A stretch of DNA of 55,441 nt from a virus (Duplodnaviria; Caudoviricetes), in the IMG/VR virus record IMGVR_UViG_3300032327_000488, positions 1 through 55,441 of that record. One strand, given 5' to 3'. Below, piece by piece: positions 10,301 to 18,137 of this stretch. The notes beneath the pieces were generated by a model that searched no databases, was not told the origin of the DNA, and saw nothing but the letters and a program-made list of their open reading frames with translations. Both the position numbers and the translations under genes were made by a program. How positions within the stretch are numbered: position 1 is the stretch's first letter; each line of letters starts with the position of its first letter.

Positions 10301-10495
10301 CACCGTAGGCGCAACAGGCAACCCCGGAACAAGCGACGTCGAAGGCACCCAATCAGTACCATCAAAAACCGGAACCGTGCCCCCAGGCAAAATACCAACC
10401 GGAAACCCAACAACATCCGTCAAATTATGCTTATGCGCCCCCGGCGGCGTGTTCTTCGGGGGCGGGATCCGCCCACCGACAGACGACTCTGTCAT
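7367..10495 (-). CDS. Tail fibre/central fibre protein with FN3-like domains and a C-terminal intramolecular chaperone (peptidase S74)
   Basis: FN3-like YYVQFVSYDNTGNASAAS; autocleavage signature TSDSRVKTDI...GFIAQQV...LRYEEFIAPLVASVQ. Confidence 0.85.
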   Translation of the reverse strand: MTESSVGGRIPPPKNTPPGAHKHNLTDVVGFPVGILPGGTVPVFDGTDWVPSTSLVPGLPVAPTVTSAPYNADEYDTTSTPRGTAVSSVKAVVTPPSTYTDGSVLVAPSLYSVRWRYEDPSIYGTKNIQSITVSAGVVTLTTTAAHGMTGGNFVVVTGSTAANNFSFKLLTASGSTMTFNNDLGVAAGAVGTVMRVSDWTTASSVSPTVSFLGVKSGTYLSVQAKVTDGYGNSSSWSTTTTHLTAADSVAPGQPSAPVIVPKLGTLQVSWDGKLNAGGAQPSDYAYTDVFVASSSGTYSASTYAARYSGAFQFLVTKDPVTGSPLVQGSTYYVQFVSYDNTGNASAASTIVSSVPTALKDNEIADLSVLKLTSGVLTADQIISGGSITTNAGTVSNAITSIAASGGIATVTVDGDHGLTVAQQVVIAGSSTANNSTWTVNTVPSARVFTVSSGVMVTAGAAGTAQGIGSRVQMTAAGLSGFTGALETFRLTSGGIFTIQSAATGSRIVLDSNGLRVFNGAATVVDLNASGTATFSGTVNAATFTGNIIVGNTIKSVSGVNGTANVAGLIMDSNGIRAYKAATATPFLPIQTFSIDTSGAATFSGTVSSSAITSATISSSTISSSTITGGIIRTAASGSRVVMDDQVGSGQISLYTGTSGEISGLIQSAFLSLTGTAVISTQLVSPTTGSISTSTSITLYGRGTGSSSTTLVPYGSTPHIEIQPTDTFSTQLILGNWARANTPSAAGGTTTVSLSTGYSGLMDWDGYYIMMQPSTGTRNTYIGAGPGGFVSIRPNGNAYGITVDTSNDLVPDVDNVSNLGTSTKRWVNISAAGSITAGGTFIAGGGVVRPDANTGLYLRGNQSNTSNQIVVNATTFSYNICSVDWVPSVNAGWSIGNTSFRWNTIFATNGTISTSDSRVKTDIVTIDDTNPLGIGFIRSLVPVKYRFSDAGKMQARNADGSLTFDADGERVMVTKTGVRTHTGFIAQQVKESLDAISTDWGGWSMGDVDDPDSIQSLRYEEFIAPLVASVQNLDARLTALETA

Positions 10496-10947
10496 GCTTC
10501 CACCTGCTTTGACGCGCCACGCAGGGCTTCAATGTATTCGCTGCTGGTGCCTTGAACGATGACTGTGTTGACGGTTTGCGCGGCCTGCTGCAAATTATCT
10601 AGTCCGAGGAGTTTCGCGCGTTGCGCTGCGACCTTCAACACAAACTCGGCGGCCCGTACATCCCCTTCAACAGCGTCACCCCAATACGCGTACTGCAAAG
10701 CGTCCAGCCGGGAAACTTCCATCACCAGCATTGTTTGCTTCGTGTACTCGTCAACGAGTTGAGAGGCCATACTGATCGCCTCATCGACACGTTTCATCGC
10801 CATCGTCTCACTAATGCCGATGCGTTCAGCGACCTCCCACCAGGAAAGGCCTTGCTGACGCAGTTCGTACGCTTGACGTGCCTGCCGAGACCGCTCCTCG
10901 AGGGCGTCAGCTTGCTGCTTCGACTTCGTCACCCGTTTGATGCTCAC
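10492..10947 (-). CDS. HTH DNA-binding protein, terminase small subunit-like
   Basis: AYELRQQGLSWWEVAERIGIS HTH; RLDAL...A..GDVRAA..VLK...RAKLLGLD pattern, as in actinophage TerS-like proteins. Confidence 0.6.
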   Translation of the reverse strand: MSIKRVTKSKQQADALEERSRQARQAYELRQQGLSWWEVAERIGISETMAMKRVDEAISMASQLVDEYTKQTMLVMEVSRLDALQYAYWGDAVEGDVRAAEFVLKVAAQRAKLLGLDNLQQAAQTVNTVIVQGTSSEYIEALRGASKQVEA

Positions 10948-11251
10948 TGCGTCTCCTGATTGTTAACGTTCCCTCATCATACGCCGAAACAACAGCCTCG
11001 ACTGTGCCGTATTCAGTGAGCGCGTTATGCCGTTCGTTTCCGAGGAAACCGCCGCGGATCCCATTACGTTCATCAATTCTCAACGCGTCAATGAGACAGT
11101 CCCGTTTCACGCTGCACAATTCACACACAGAACGTCCCTGTTGTATGAGCGCGGATGTCATCGGTCGACTTTCTGAACCAAAAAATAGACTCAACGGCAA
11201 GCCGATACAGTACGCGTCGTCCGCCCAGTCAAGGCGCGGCAAAATCTTCAC
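10907..11251 (-). CDS. whiB: WhiB-family Fe-S transcription regulator
   Basis: W.DDAYC...LFFG...CELC.V..DC..DAL...GIRGG: four Cys and a variant of the G[VI]WGG turn. Confidence 0.85.
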   Translation of the reverse strand: MKILPRLDWADDAYCIGLPLSLFFGSESRPMTSALIQQGRSVCELCSVKRDCLIDALRIDERNGIRGGFLGNERHNALTEYGTVEAVVSAYDEGTLTIRRRSEHQTGDEVEAAS

Positions 11252-11613
11252 GCCAACTTCTCAATCTGAAACTGGAAACGTGAAACTGTACGTTTTGGTT
11301 CTGGGGGCATAATGACAGGCCACACCCGTTCCACGAACTCTTGCGTATCGTCAGGAACAATACCCATATCCGCGAGAGCATCCACGACAGGCTTCATGGA
11401 TGCCACCAGATTATCGGGATCCCGGCGTCTGTTCTGTGCAGGGAAATAAAACAACGTCACCTTCACCCGCTTACATGGCGGGATATCAGTGAACGCTTCC
11501 CTCGCGGCCTTACGCCACTGAGCAACGAGTTTAGCTTTCACCATATGATGCAGCCGGTCGTTCATGCTGAGAGGTTTCACGAACGGCAAATCAACAAGCC
11601 ACGTTTCACTCAT
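11248..11613 (-). CDS. rusA: RusA-like Holliday junction resolvase
   Basis: PLSMN...RRRDPDNL...KPVVDAL...GIVPDD motifs. Confidence 0.8.
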   Translation of the reverse strand: MSETWLVDLPFVKPLSMNDRLHHMVKAKLVAQWRKAAREAFTDIPPCKRVKVTLFYFPAQNRRRDPDNLVASMKPVVDALADMGIVPDDTQEFVERVWPVIMPPEPKRTVSRFQFQIEKLA

Positions 11614-11722
11614 CGACGTCGTTCACATCATCACGTTGAAGGAAACGAAGAAAACTCATCACTAAATGCGCCACAGTAACAATGACCCCTGCAACGACAG
11701 ACATAGCGACGAGATACAACAC
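11606..11722 (-). CDS. Small single-TM protein (38 aa, not in ORF track)
   Basis: GTG overlaps the lysin stop (TAGTG); translates to MLYLVAMSVVAGVIVTVAHLVMSFLRFLQRDDVNDVDE. Confidence 0.4.
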   Translation of the reverse strand: MLYLVAMSVVAGVIVTVAHLVMSFLRFLQRDDVNDVDE

Positions 11723-12540
11723 TACGCAACCACCGAATAACCGTACTTCTTCGCCAACTTCACCAACGAAGCACGCCCAGGAATACCATCAGCGTCCTTA
11801 CCAGTGAAGCCAAGCTTGCGTTGCCACAGGGCGTAAGCGTCACGTGTTAGCGGACCAAACTTGCCATCCAGAGGCATCTTGCCGCCCTCCTTAGCAAGCC
11901 AATTCTGCAACAAACGAACCGGTGCGCCCGTATTACCCATTTGGACGGACTTCAAACTAACAATCCGCTTCGGCTTCGGCGGCGGCAAAACCTGCACAAC
12001 CTTACCGACGACACTCTGCGTCCCATCCGGGCGAATACCCAGACGCTTAATCACATCCTGCACATCTTCAAGCGTGCAATCCGAACCCTGCGACCCCTTC
12101 GACCACGCCTGAATCAACTCAAGGTGCATCTCATCCGCGGACCGGCCGGGAGTCCAATCCCCACCCCAACCGAACACTGACTTGCCCTTGGACGTCACAT
12201 ACTTTGCGAGGATCTTGTGCATCGCGTCATGCTTAGCCTTCGGCCAATGCAACTGCCGATCCGCCAACAACACGTCATAACGAAAATCGACAGCCGTACC
12301 AGAAGAATGATTAGACATCCCGCCGCCCATACGGGCTTCCCGGTACGACCAGCCATCAAGAGGGCCAACATTGAGAGGAATCAACTTAGCGTGAATCTCC
12401 GCAAGCGCGCACGCAACAAGCGGTGCTGCTTCACGTCGGATCAAAATCGACCTCGAGGTACCTGGCACAACAATGTTGACCAGTCGAGAATCATTTGCCT
12501 GCGAAATTGAAGGCCACCCATTGAGGCTGGTCGTAGTCAT
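11722..12540 (-). CDS. Endolysin: M15-family Zn peptidase plus C-terminal peptidoglycan-binding domain
   Basis: SNHSSGTAVD and WGGDW...DEMHLE catalytic motifs; DGKFGPLT / DGIPGRASL PG-binding motifs. Confidence 0.88.
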   Translation of the reverse strand: MTTTSLNGWPSISQANDSRLVNIVVPGTSRSILIRREAAPLVACALAEIHAKLIPLNVGPLDGWSYREARMGGGMSNHSSGTAVDFRYDVLLADRQLHWPKAKHDAMHKILAKYVTSKGKSVFGWGGDWTPGRSADEMHLELIQAWSKGSQGSDCTLEDVQDVIKRLGIRPDGTQSVVGKVVQVLPPPKPKRIVSLKSVQMGNTGAPVRLLQNWLAKEGGKMPLDGKFGPLTRDAYALWQRKLGFTGKDADGIPGRASLVKLAKKYGYSVVA

Positions 12541-12542
12541 AA

Positions 12543-12803
12543 TTAGTGCTCCGGGAAAACGTCAGGCTCAACAACAGGATCAAACGACGTATCGGCCGAA
12601 CCGACACCATACTGGCGAGTGATAGGAGTCAACGCGTTCACCGCCATCGGAATAGCGAAACCAAGCAAACCCACCACTTGAGGTGACAAGCCCCAGTTCG
12701 TGTAATCCGTTTGGATCCACTGAATCAACGCAGACACGACAATGCCCGCAGCGACCAGAATACTGTGCCGCACACTAGCCGGGAGAACATCAAGGAAACC
12801 CAT
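12543..12803 (-). CDS. Holin (two TM helices)
   Basis: ATG at 12803 with GGAG RBS; two hydrophobic helices; immediately upstream of the lysin. Confidence 0.7.
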   Translation of the reverse strand: MGFLDVLPASVRHSILVAAGIVVSALIQWIQTDYTNWGLSPQVVGLLGFAIPMAVNALTPITRQYGVGSADTSFDPVVEPDVFPEH

Positions 12804-12931
12804 CACCACTCCACTTCTATAAACTTTCACCTGTGACACTAGCGTAACGCACGCGAACAGTAGGAGGAACACGCCCAAAAGTACGCACAACCAGAACACA
12901 ACACCCGTCTATGCGTATCTTTTCTGCAACA

Positions 12932-15421
12932 TCACTCATATGTTTTCTGCCACAAACGACCCAAAAAGTACGTTGGCGTAGTGCTTTCGCAGTAGATCAT
13001 GACATACGCCCATACATCAGCGCTTTGCTGCTGCGAAAACGACTTCTGCGGATCCACACGCCCAGCCGCAGTCGTAAAATCCCAACTAAAACCAATCTCA
13101 TCCTGCAACAAACCCGTCGCAGCATCACCGTTAGCGCTACTCCCCGGCCAATAACCGCCCCGCTCGTAATACGTCCCCCACCCAGCAAGGAACGTCCCAC
13201 CATCAGCAGCAACGAGCTGTTGAGTGTTCGTCGGCGTCGTCCCGTTCGGGTTGATACGCTCCCACGCCTCAGCAAAAAACGGGTAATGCTGACCCGTCGC
13301 ATACGACACACCATTAGGAAACTTCGCCCCCGCGGGGATCATCGGCATTGCCGCAGGAGTCATACCAGACGCATTATAGATAGACACATGGAACGGAACC
13401 TGCTTCACCGTCCCATCCGCGTTATAGGCCGCAATCTGAATCAACCGAATGTTGCCCTTCGCGGCAAGTTTCACCCGATACGTTTGACCTGGGCCACCAG
13501 CCCACCGGGCATAGTTTTGTGCAAACGTATCCCCGTCAACCCAATTCTCTTGAGCCCAGTTATAGTTTGCGTTCGTCTGCTTTGCTTGCACCTTCGCATA
13601 AAACCGTGGATACGACGACGGCGGAAAAATGTTCGTATACGCAGTCCACGGAAAAGACACTTGCGAAGGCGAACCAGTAAAACCCCACGTTCCCGGATGA
13701 TCAGTTAGCTCTTTCGTCGCGCGCTCAAAAATGCTCTTACTACTCGAGGCATACGTAATCGGGTTTTGGAAAAACAAACCATTGTTGATCTCCCGCGACC
13801 GCCACTCAGGAATCACACCAGCACCCGTCGCATACGACCACGGATACAACAAATCCTCCACCTTCGGAGCATACGTACCGTTCGTCGAAATAGACCGCAT
13901 CGGTTTCAACGAATCACGGCCACGCAAACGCACCTGATCAACCGTCAACTGATCCCTATATTTAGAATCAACAGTCAAACTAACAGTGCCGTCTTCGCTC
14001 ACGCTCGCGGCAGTCACGTGCATCAACACGTCCCCGCCAAACAAACCCTTCACAAGAAGAGTTGAACCAGCCTGAATAATCCACCGAGGGAACGGCCGAC
14101 CCGCCTGCGTCAAAGGATCCGTCGTCAACGTAATCGAACCCGAAACACCCGGATCAACAAACCGGCGAATATACGCAGCCGCAGCAGACTGAGCCTGACG
14201 AGGAGTCAACCCCTCACCAAAATCAACCTTGATCTCCTTACGCATCACGTTCTTGTTCAGATACGTGTTATATACGTACGGAGGATGCACCGCCGCGAGA
14301 TAAGCAGACGGCTTATACGTCGTAATATCCCCATCGGATGAAACTTCCATCCCCGAATACACTTCACCGTTCTTCGCCGTCCCCTGCGTATAAACGACAG
14401 AAGCCCGCTGACTGTAATCCTGCGTCGCCTGCATCGTGACACCAGGCCACGTCAAATCAACAGTCAACACAGACTCGCCAGCGAGCGGTGTTTGAGAAGC
14501 AGAAGTCAAAAACGGACGGAACTTCAACGAAGGAACACGACCACTATCCAACAGCAACGTGAACTGGCCCGTTGGAGTCGTCGAAGAATCAGCCACACTA
14601 AACTGCATGTTAGACAGCAGGCCTTGAATGTAACCAGACAGCATCGGCTCAAAATTGCCAGTCTGCCGCGTGAGAAGACCCGTCCACTTATCGTTATCCG
14701 CTACACCCTCAGGAACACTCCACGGGGCGTTAGTCGCATCATAATTAGCCGACAGGAACGTCTTTGTCCATCCGGAAGGGAACGCAGAAGCAACCGTTGT
14801 GGGATCCGCTAAGCGCGTGTCTGGACGCAGCTGTGTGTGGTTAACAGCCGGGTCCAGAAAAGCCTGCCGGATAGCAACCTCATACGGCAACGGCCTATAC
14901 GGATACTCCGGTTTCGCCAAATAGTTATCCATCTGGAACAACGCCCCACGGCATGTCACCGTCAACCCAGAACCATCGCCACCAGACTCATACTCGTATG
15001 AGGTGAAATAGCCTTCCCACGTGTACCGGGCAGCACCGACCGTCCCCCACGTAGGGTCAGCGTTCACCCACACAATGTCCACGTCATACTCGGGAACCAT
15101 CCAGTCAAGATCACCCGTGCCGACACTGTCAAGAATAGTGACAGCAGGGAACGTTAAAGACGCCGTCGCAGGACCAAAAGGATCCGTCGTCGTCACACTA
15201 GAAACCTGTGTCGGCGCGCCACGAACAGTCGAAATATCAACCTTCACACGCGAACCACTAGACGTGTTGTACGCGTACACCTTCCAATACCCGGAGTTGC
15301 CCGACTCCCCGCGGGTAGAGATAGGAGGGCGCGTCGGATCAGCAGCGGCTTTTGGGAGCCCGTTCTTTAACGTGTATGCCTCTGTAGAGACGACGACGTA
15401 ACGGTACGGTGTTATTGCCAC
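12932..15421 (-). CDS. Minor tail protein (tail tip/hub-like)
   Basis: 829 aa; WEGYFTSYE..LTVTCRGAL and DYSQRASVVY...G patterns like siphophage Tal/hub proteins; position downstream of the tape measure. Confidence 0.65.
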   Translation of the reverse strand: MAITPYRYVVVSTEAYTLKNGLPKAAADPTRPPISTRGESGNSGYWKVYAYNTSSGSRVKVDISTVRGAPTQVSSVTTTDPFGPATASLTFPAVTILDSVGTGDLDWMVPEYDVDIVWVNADPTWGTVGAARYTWEGYFTSYEYESGGDGSGLTVTCRGALFQMDNYLAKPEYPYRPLPYEVAIRQAFLDPAVNHTQLRPDTRLADPTTVASAFPSGWTKTFLSANYDATNAPWSVPEGVADNDKWTGLLTRQTGNFEPMLSGYIQGLLSNMQFSVADSSTTPTGQFTLLLDSGRVPSLKFRPFLTSASQTPLAGESVLTVDLTWPGVTMQATQDYSQRASVVYTQGTAKNGEVYSGMEVSSDGDITTYKPSAYLAAVHPPYVYNTYLNKNVMRKEIKVDFGEGLTPRQAQSAAAAYIRRFVDPGVSGSITLTTDPLTQAGRPFPRWIIQAGSTLLVKGLFGGDVLMHVTAASVSEDGTVSLTVDSKYRDQLTVDQVRLRGRDSLKPMRSISTNGTYAPKVEDLLYPWSYATGAGVIPEWRSREINNGLFFQNPITYASSSKSIFERATKELTDHPGTWGFTGSPSQVSFPWTAYTNIFPPSSYPRFYAKVQAKQTNANYNWAQENWVDGDTFAQNYARWAGGPGQTYRVKLAAKGNIRLIQIAAYNADGTVKQVPFHVSIYNASGMTPAAMPMIPAGAKFPNGVSYATGQHYPFFAEAWERINPNGTTPTNTQQLVAADGGTFLAGWGTYYERGGYWPGSSANGDAATGLLQDEIGFSWDFTTAAGRVDPQKSFSQQQSADVWAYVMIYCESTTPTYFLGRLWQKTYE

Positions 15422-15595
15422 AACAACAGCCTACGCGACCTGAATAGCGATCACGGGGTTCGAGGCGAGTCCTGACATAGAAGTCTCCTTCTGACGAAGT
15501 ATTTCTTAAAGTGTGGCTGGGTAAGCCCGGGGTGTGCCGGTAAACCAAAGTTCTAACAGGTTAGAGCTTGATTGGCTGAGCATATTAGATCAACC

Positions 15596-18067
15596 TCAGA
15601 TCAACGTGATCGAGCCGCCCTGACCAATTTGGTCAGAGTATCCGGGGCAACCCCGCACCTCAAAGGCGGGCGGGTAGTTAGTGGACGTGTACCTCAACGG
15701 GCCGTACGGCTGCAATAGGGTATCCGCAATGATGGCGGTATCCGTTGTTTTTGACTGAAATGCGGCATGGATATGCGAACCGTGACTAGCGGGAACTACC
15801 TGCCATGTCACGCCGCCATCAACAAGCGTTTCGCCAATTCCGATAGTGGAGGCAAACGGAAGTGACGTGGTTGCGGTTGCGGAAGTCGTGCCCGCAACAG
15901 TGGCCCGATAGAACGTCTGACTCGTGCTACGAATCAAGTCTCCCACCGCATAAGCAGTAGAAACTGCTCGGGTTTGAGAAGGGACGGTCACAGAAGTCAC
16001 ATCCGTACCGGTTTGTGCAAACGCAACCTTGGTTCCGGTGGCTCCGAGGTACAGCCACGCCACACCGTTGCCATCAGTGAACGTCGTGGTGCCAGTGGGT
16101 GCGGTAATTGAATTACCACCAGTGGTGCATACGTAGATGTTTCCTGCGTTGGTGCGGTACACCCCGGCCGCCACAGTTTGTGTCGACCACGCCGTAAAGG
16201 ACCACGTTGCCGATGCGGGCGTCGCACTATTAAACACCGCCGCCGAACCAACAAGGCCACGAATAAACACCGGGGTAGAACCTGATTGCGATGTTTCACT
16301 CGGCGTGCGTTCTATCGTGGCTAGACAGTGATTACCAGAACGCAAGATAGAAGTGATGATCAGGTCGTCACTAATTCCGGGCCAGTCAACGAACGTCGTT
16401 CCACGGAACAACATTCTGCCTTGGCGGTTACGCCACGGTGTTCCGGTAAACGCGGAAACGTACGTCCACGACACGCCACCATCAGTGACCGCACCTGATC
16501 CATGCGTCGGCGGGGTCGCTCCGGTAGTACCTGCACCCGTGGACGAGTACAGGTTGCCGTTGTAGGTGCGCTGAACACTTGCTGCGGTGATGACCTGACC
16601 AGATTCCCACACACCCGGACCCATGTCGTAGAGCACGTAGCCGTTGACCGAAGATTCCTCCATCACAAACTGTCCCGGACGACGGAGCGTCCCCATCCTC
16701 CACTGCTTCGTAGGCTGCACTGCTTGTTGATTGGTCAATGTCGAGATGCCTCGAAAAACAGCGCGGGAGTTCGTTCCATCCCACGCAATATCAAAGACTT
16801 TTGCCGCAGCCTTACGCATTTCAAACCGAGTACCAAGGCACTCAAAATTGCGGGTGCCCTTGTCTTGGCTGATGGCAACGCCTGTGTAAGTTCCGTCGTC
16901 GTTGTGCGGTCCAAGAAGAAACGCTACGCCAGAGCCCGTAGAACTAAGCGCCATAACCACGTCTTGCGCCGCAAACCTCATCTGTCCGCGTTCCAATCGC
17001 AAAACATGGCCGTCGTTAATCTCAATCTTGCAAGACTGTTCGATGTAGTTGTTGACCGACTGATCCATGCCGGTGTTCGTGGCGGTGTTGGTGATCCCGA
17101 TACGCCACACCGAGTCAGCAAATGTGCCGCGTACCCGGACGTTGCGCCACGTCATTTCCGAGTTTTGGTTGCCGTCCTCGGCACCATCAAGGCCCCACCC
17201 GCGGTTCCACGAACCAATGAGGTTGATGTTTTCCCACAAGTAATCATTCTGAACGCCACCCCACGAAAGAGTCGGGTACGTCGCGGACGGGCCCGTCTTG
17301 TTGGCGTACAAATACCACGCCGAGGAGTTTGGGTTCATTGATCGAAAGTTCAGGTTCTGGTAACGGTGGCCGCTACCCATGTTGTCAAGTGTAAACACGT
17401 TGCCGAGGTTGGGGACGGTCACGGACGAATCGGTAGTCGCGACCATAATGTCAGTTCCCACGAGGCTATTGCTTCCTTGGATGACAGCGCCATTCCAAAT
17501 CTTGTCGCTACTCGCACTTGATGCACGGGGCGAGTCAATCAATGCGCTGGTCTCGATGATGTAGATGCCGGTAGGAATAGAAACTGGACGTTTTGCCGCC
17601 GCTCGATACTCCAACGACCCGCCCGGGGACGTAGTGAAAACTTGAATTCGTTCATTGAACGCATCAGTAAAAGCGTTCTTGATCGGGGTGTAGTTGTTGA
17701 CCCCCGCGACTACCAGCGCACCGGTCACAAGCGTAGTCGGCGCAGGAGTGGTAAACGTAGCGACTGATGCAGACGTGCGAGTCGCAGCGGTAACTTTCAA
17801 AAAACTACCGGACGCCCCAGCCCCGTCGATGTAGAGGTTGACGCCGGTCAATGACGCCGGAAACGAGCCGTAGGTGAGGGTCAGCGTGTACGGGCCTGAA
17901 CCCGTCAGGGTACCCACTGCCTGCGTGTTTGTAGGAATAACGTACTCTTCGATACTGAGGTTCTGGGTATCGAGACGACCGACTGCATCGCTGACGCCGT
18001 TTTCAAGGTTGGTCAGAGAAGACGCTGCGAAAATACCATTTGTCCACGAAGTGGGTGTGTACGGCAT
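15596..18067 (-). CDS. Tailspike/receptor-binding protein: beta-helix plus repeated carbohydrate-binding-like modules
   Basis: MPYTPTSW N-terminus; three Y....GT....P......DG.V.W modules. Confidence 0.65.
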   Translation of the reverse strand: MPYTPTSWTNGIFAASSLTNLENGVSDAVGRLDTQNLSIEEYVIPTNTQAVGTLTGSGPYTLTLTYGSFPASLTGVNLYIDGAGASGSFLKVTAATRTSASVATFTTPAPTTLVTGALVVAGVNNYTPIKNAFTDAFNERIQVFTTSPGGSLEYRAAAKRPVSIPTGIYIIETSALIDSPRASSASSDKIWNGAVIQGSNSLVGTDIMVATTDSSVTVPNLGNVFTLDNMGSGHRYQNLNFRSMNPNSSAWYLYANKTGPSATYPTLSWGGVQNDYLWENINLIGSWNRGWGLDGAEDGNQNSEMTWRNVRVRGTFADSVWRIGITNTATNTGMDQSVNNYIEQSCKIEINDGHVLRLERGQMRFAAQDVVMALSSTGSGVAFLLGPHNDDGTYTGVAISQDKGTRNFECLGTRFEMRKAAAKVFDIAWDGTNSRAVFRGISTLTNQQAVQPTKQWRMGTLRRPGQFVMEESSVNGYVLYDMGPGVWESGQVITAASVQRTYNGNLYSSTGAGTTGATPPTHGSGAVTDGGVSWTYVSAFTGTPWRNRQGRMLFRGTTFVDWPGISDDLIITSILRSGNHCLATIERTPSETSQSGSTPVFIRGLVGSAAVFNSATPASATWSFTAWSTQTVAAGVYRTNAGNIYVCTTGGNSITAPTGTTTFTDGNGVAWLYLGATGTKVAFAQTGTDVTSVTVPSQTRAVSTAYAVGDLIRSTSQTFYRATVAGTTSATATTSLPFASTIGIGETLVDGGVTWQVVPASHGSHIHAAFQSKTTDTAIIADTLLQPYGPLRYTSTNYPPAFEVRGCPGYSDQIGQGGSITLI

Positions 18068-18137
18068 CAGTTAACCAATCTTAGAAGGAACGTAAAAACA
18101 ACTATCAGGGTTACGGACTGTTAGGCAAATTGTTGCA

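Noticed and set aside
15422-15595. Gap between tail genes with short ORFs (e.g. 15339-15548)
   Set aside because: No convincing ORF, RNA structure or repeat; it may be a gene remnant but I cannot support that
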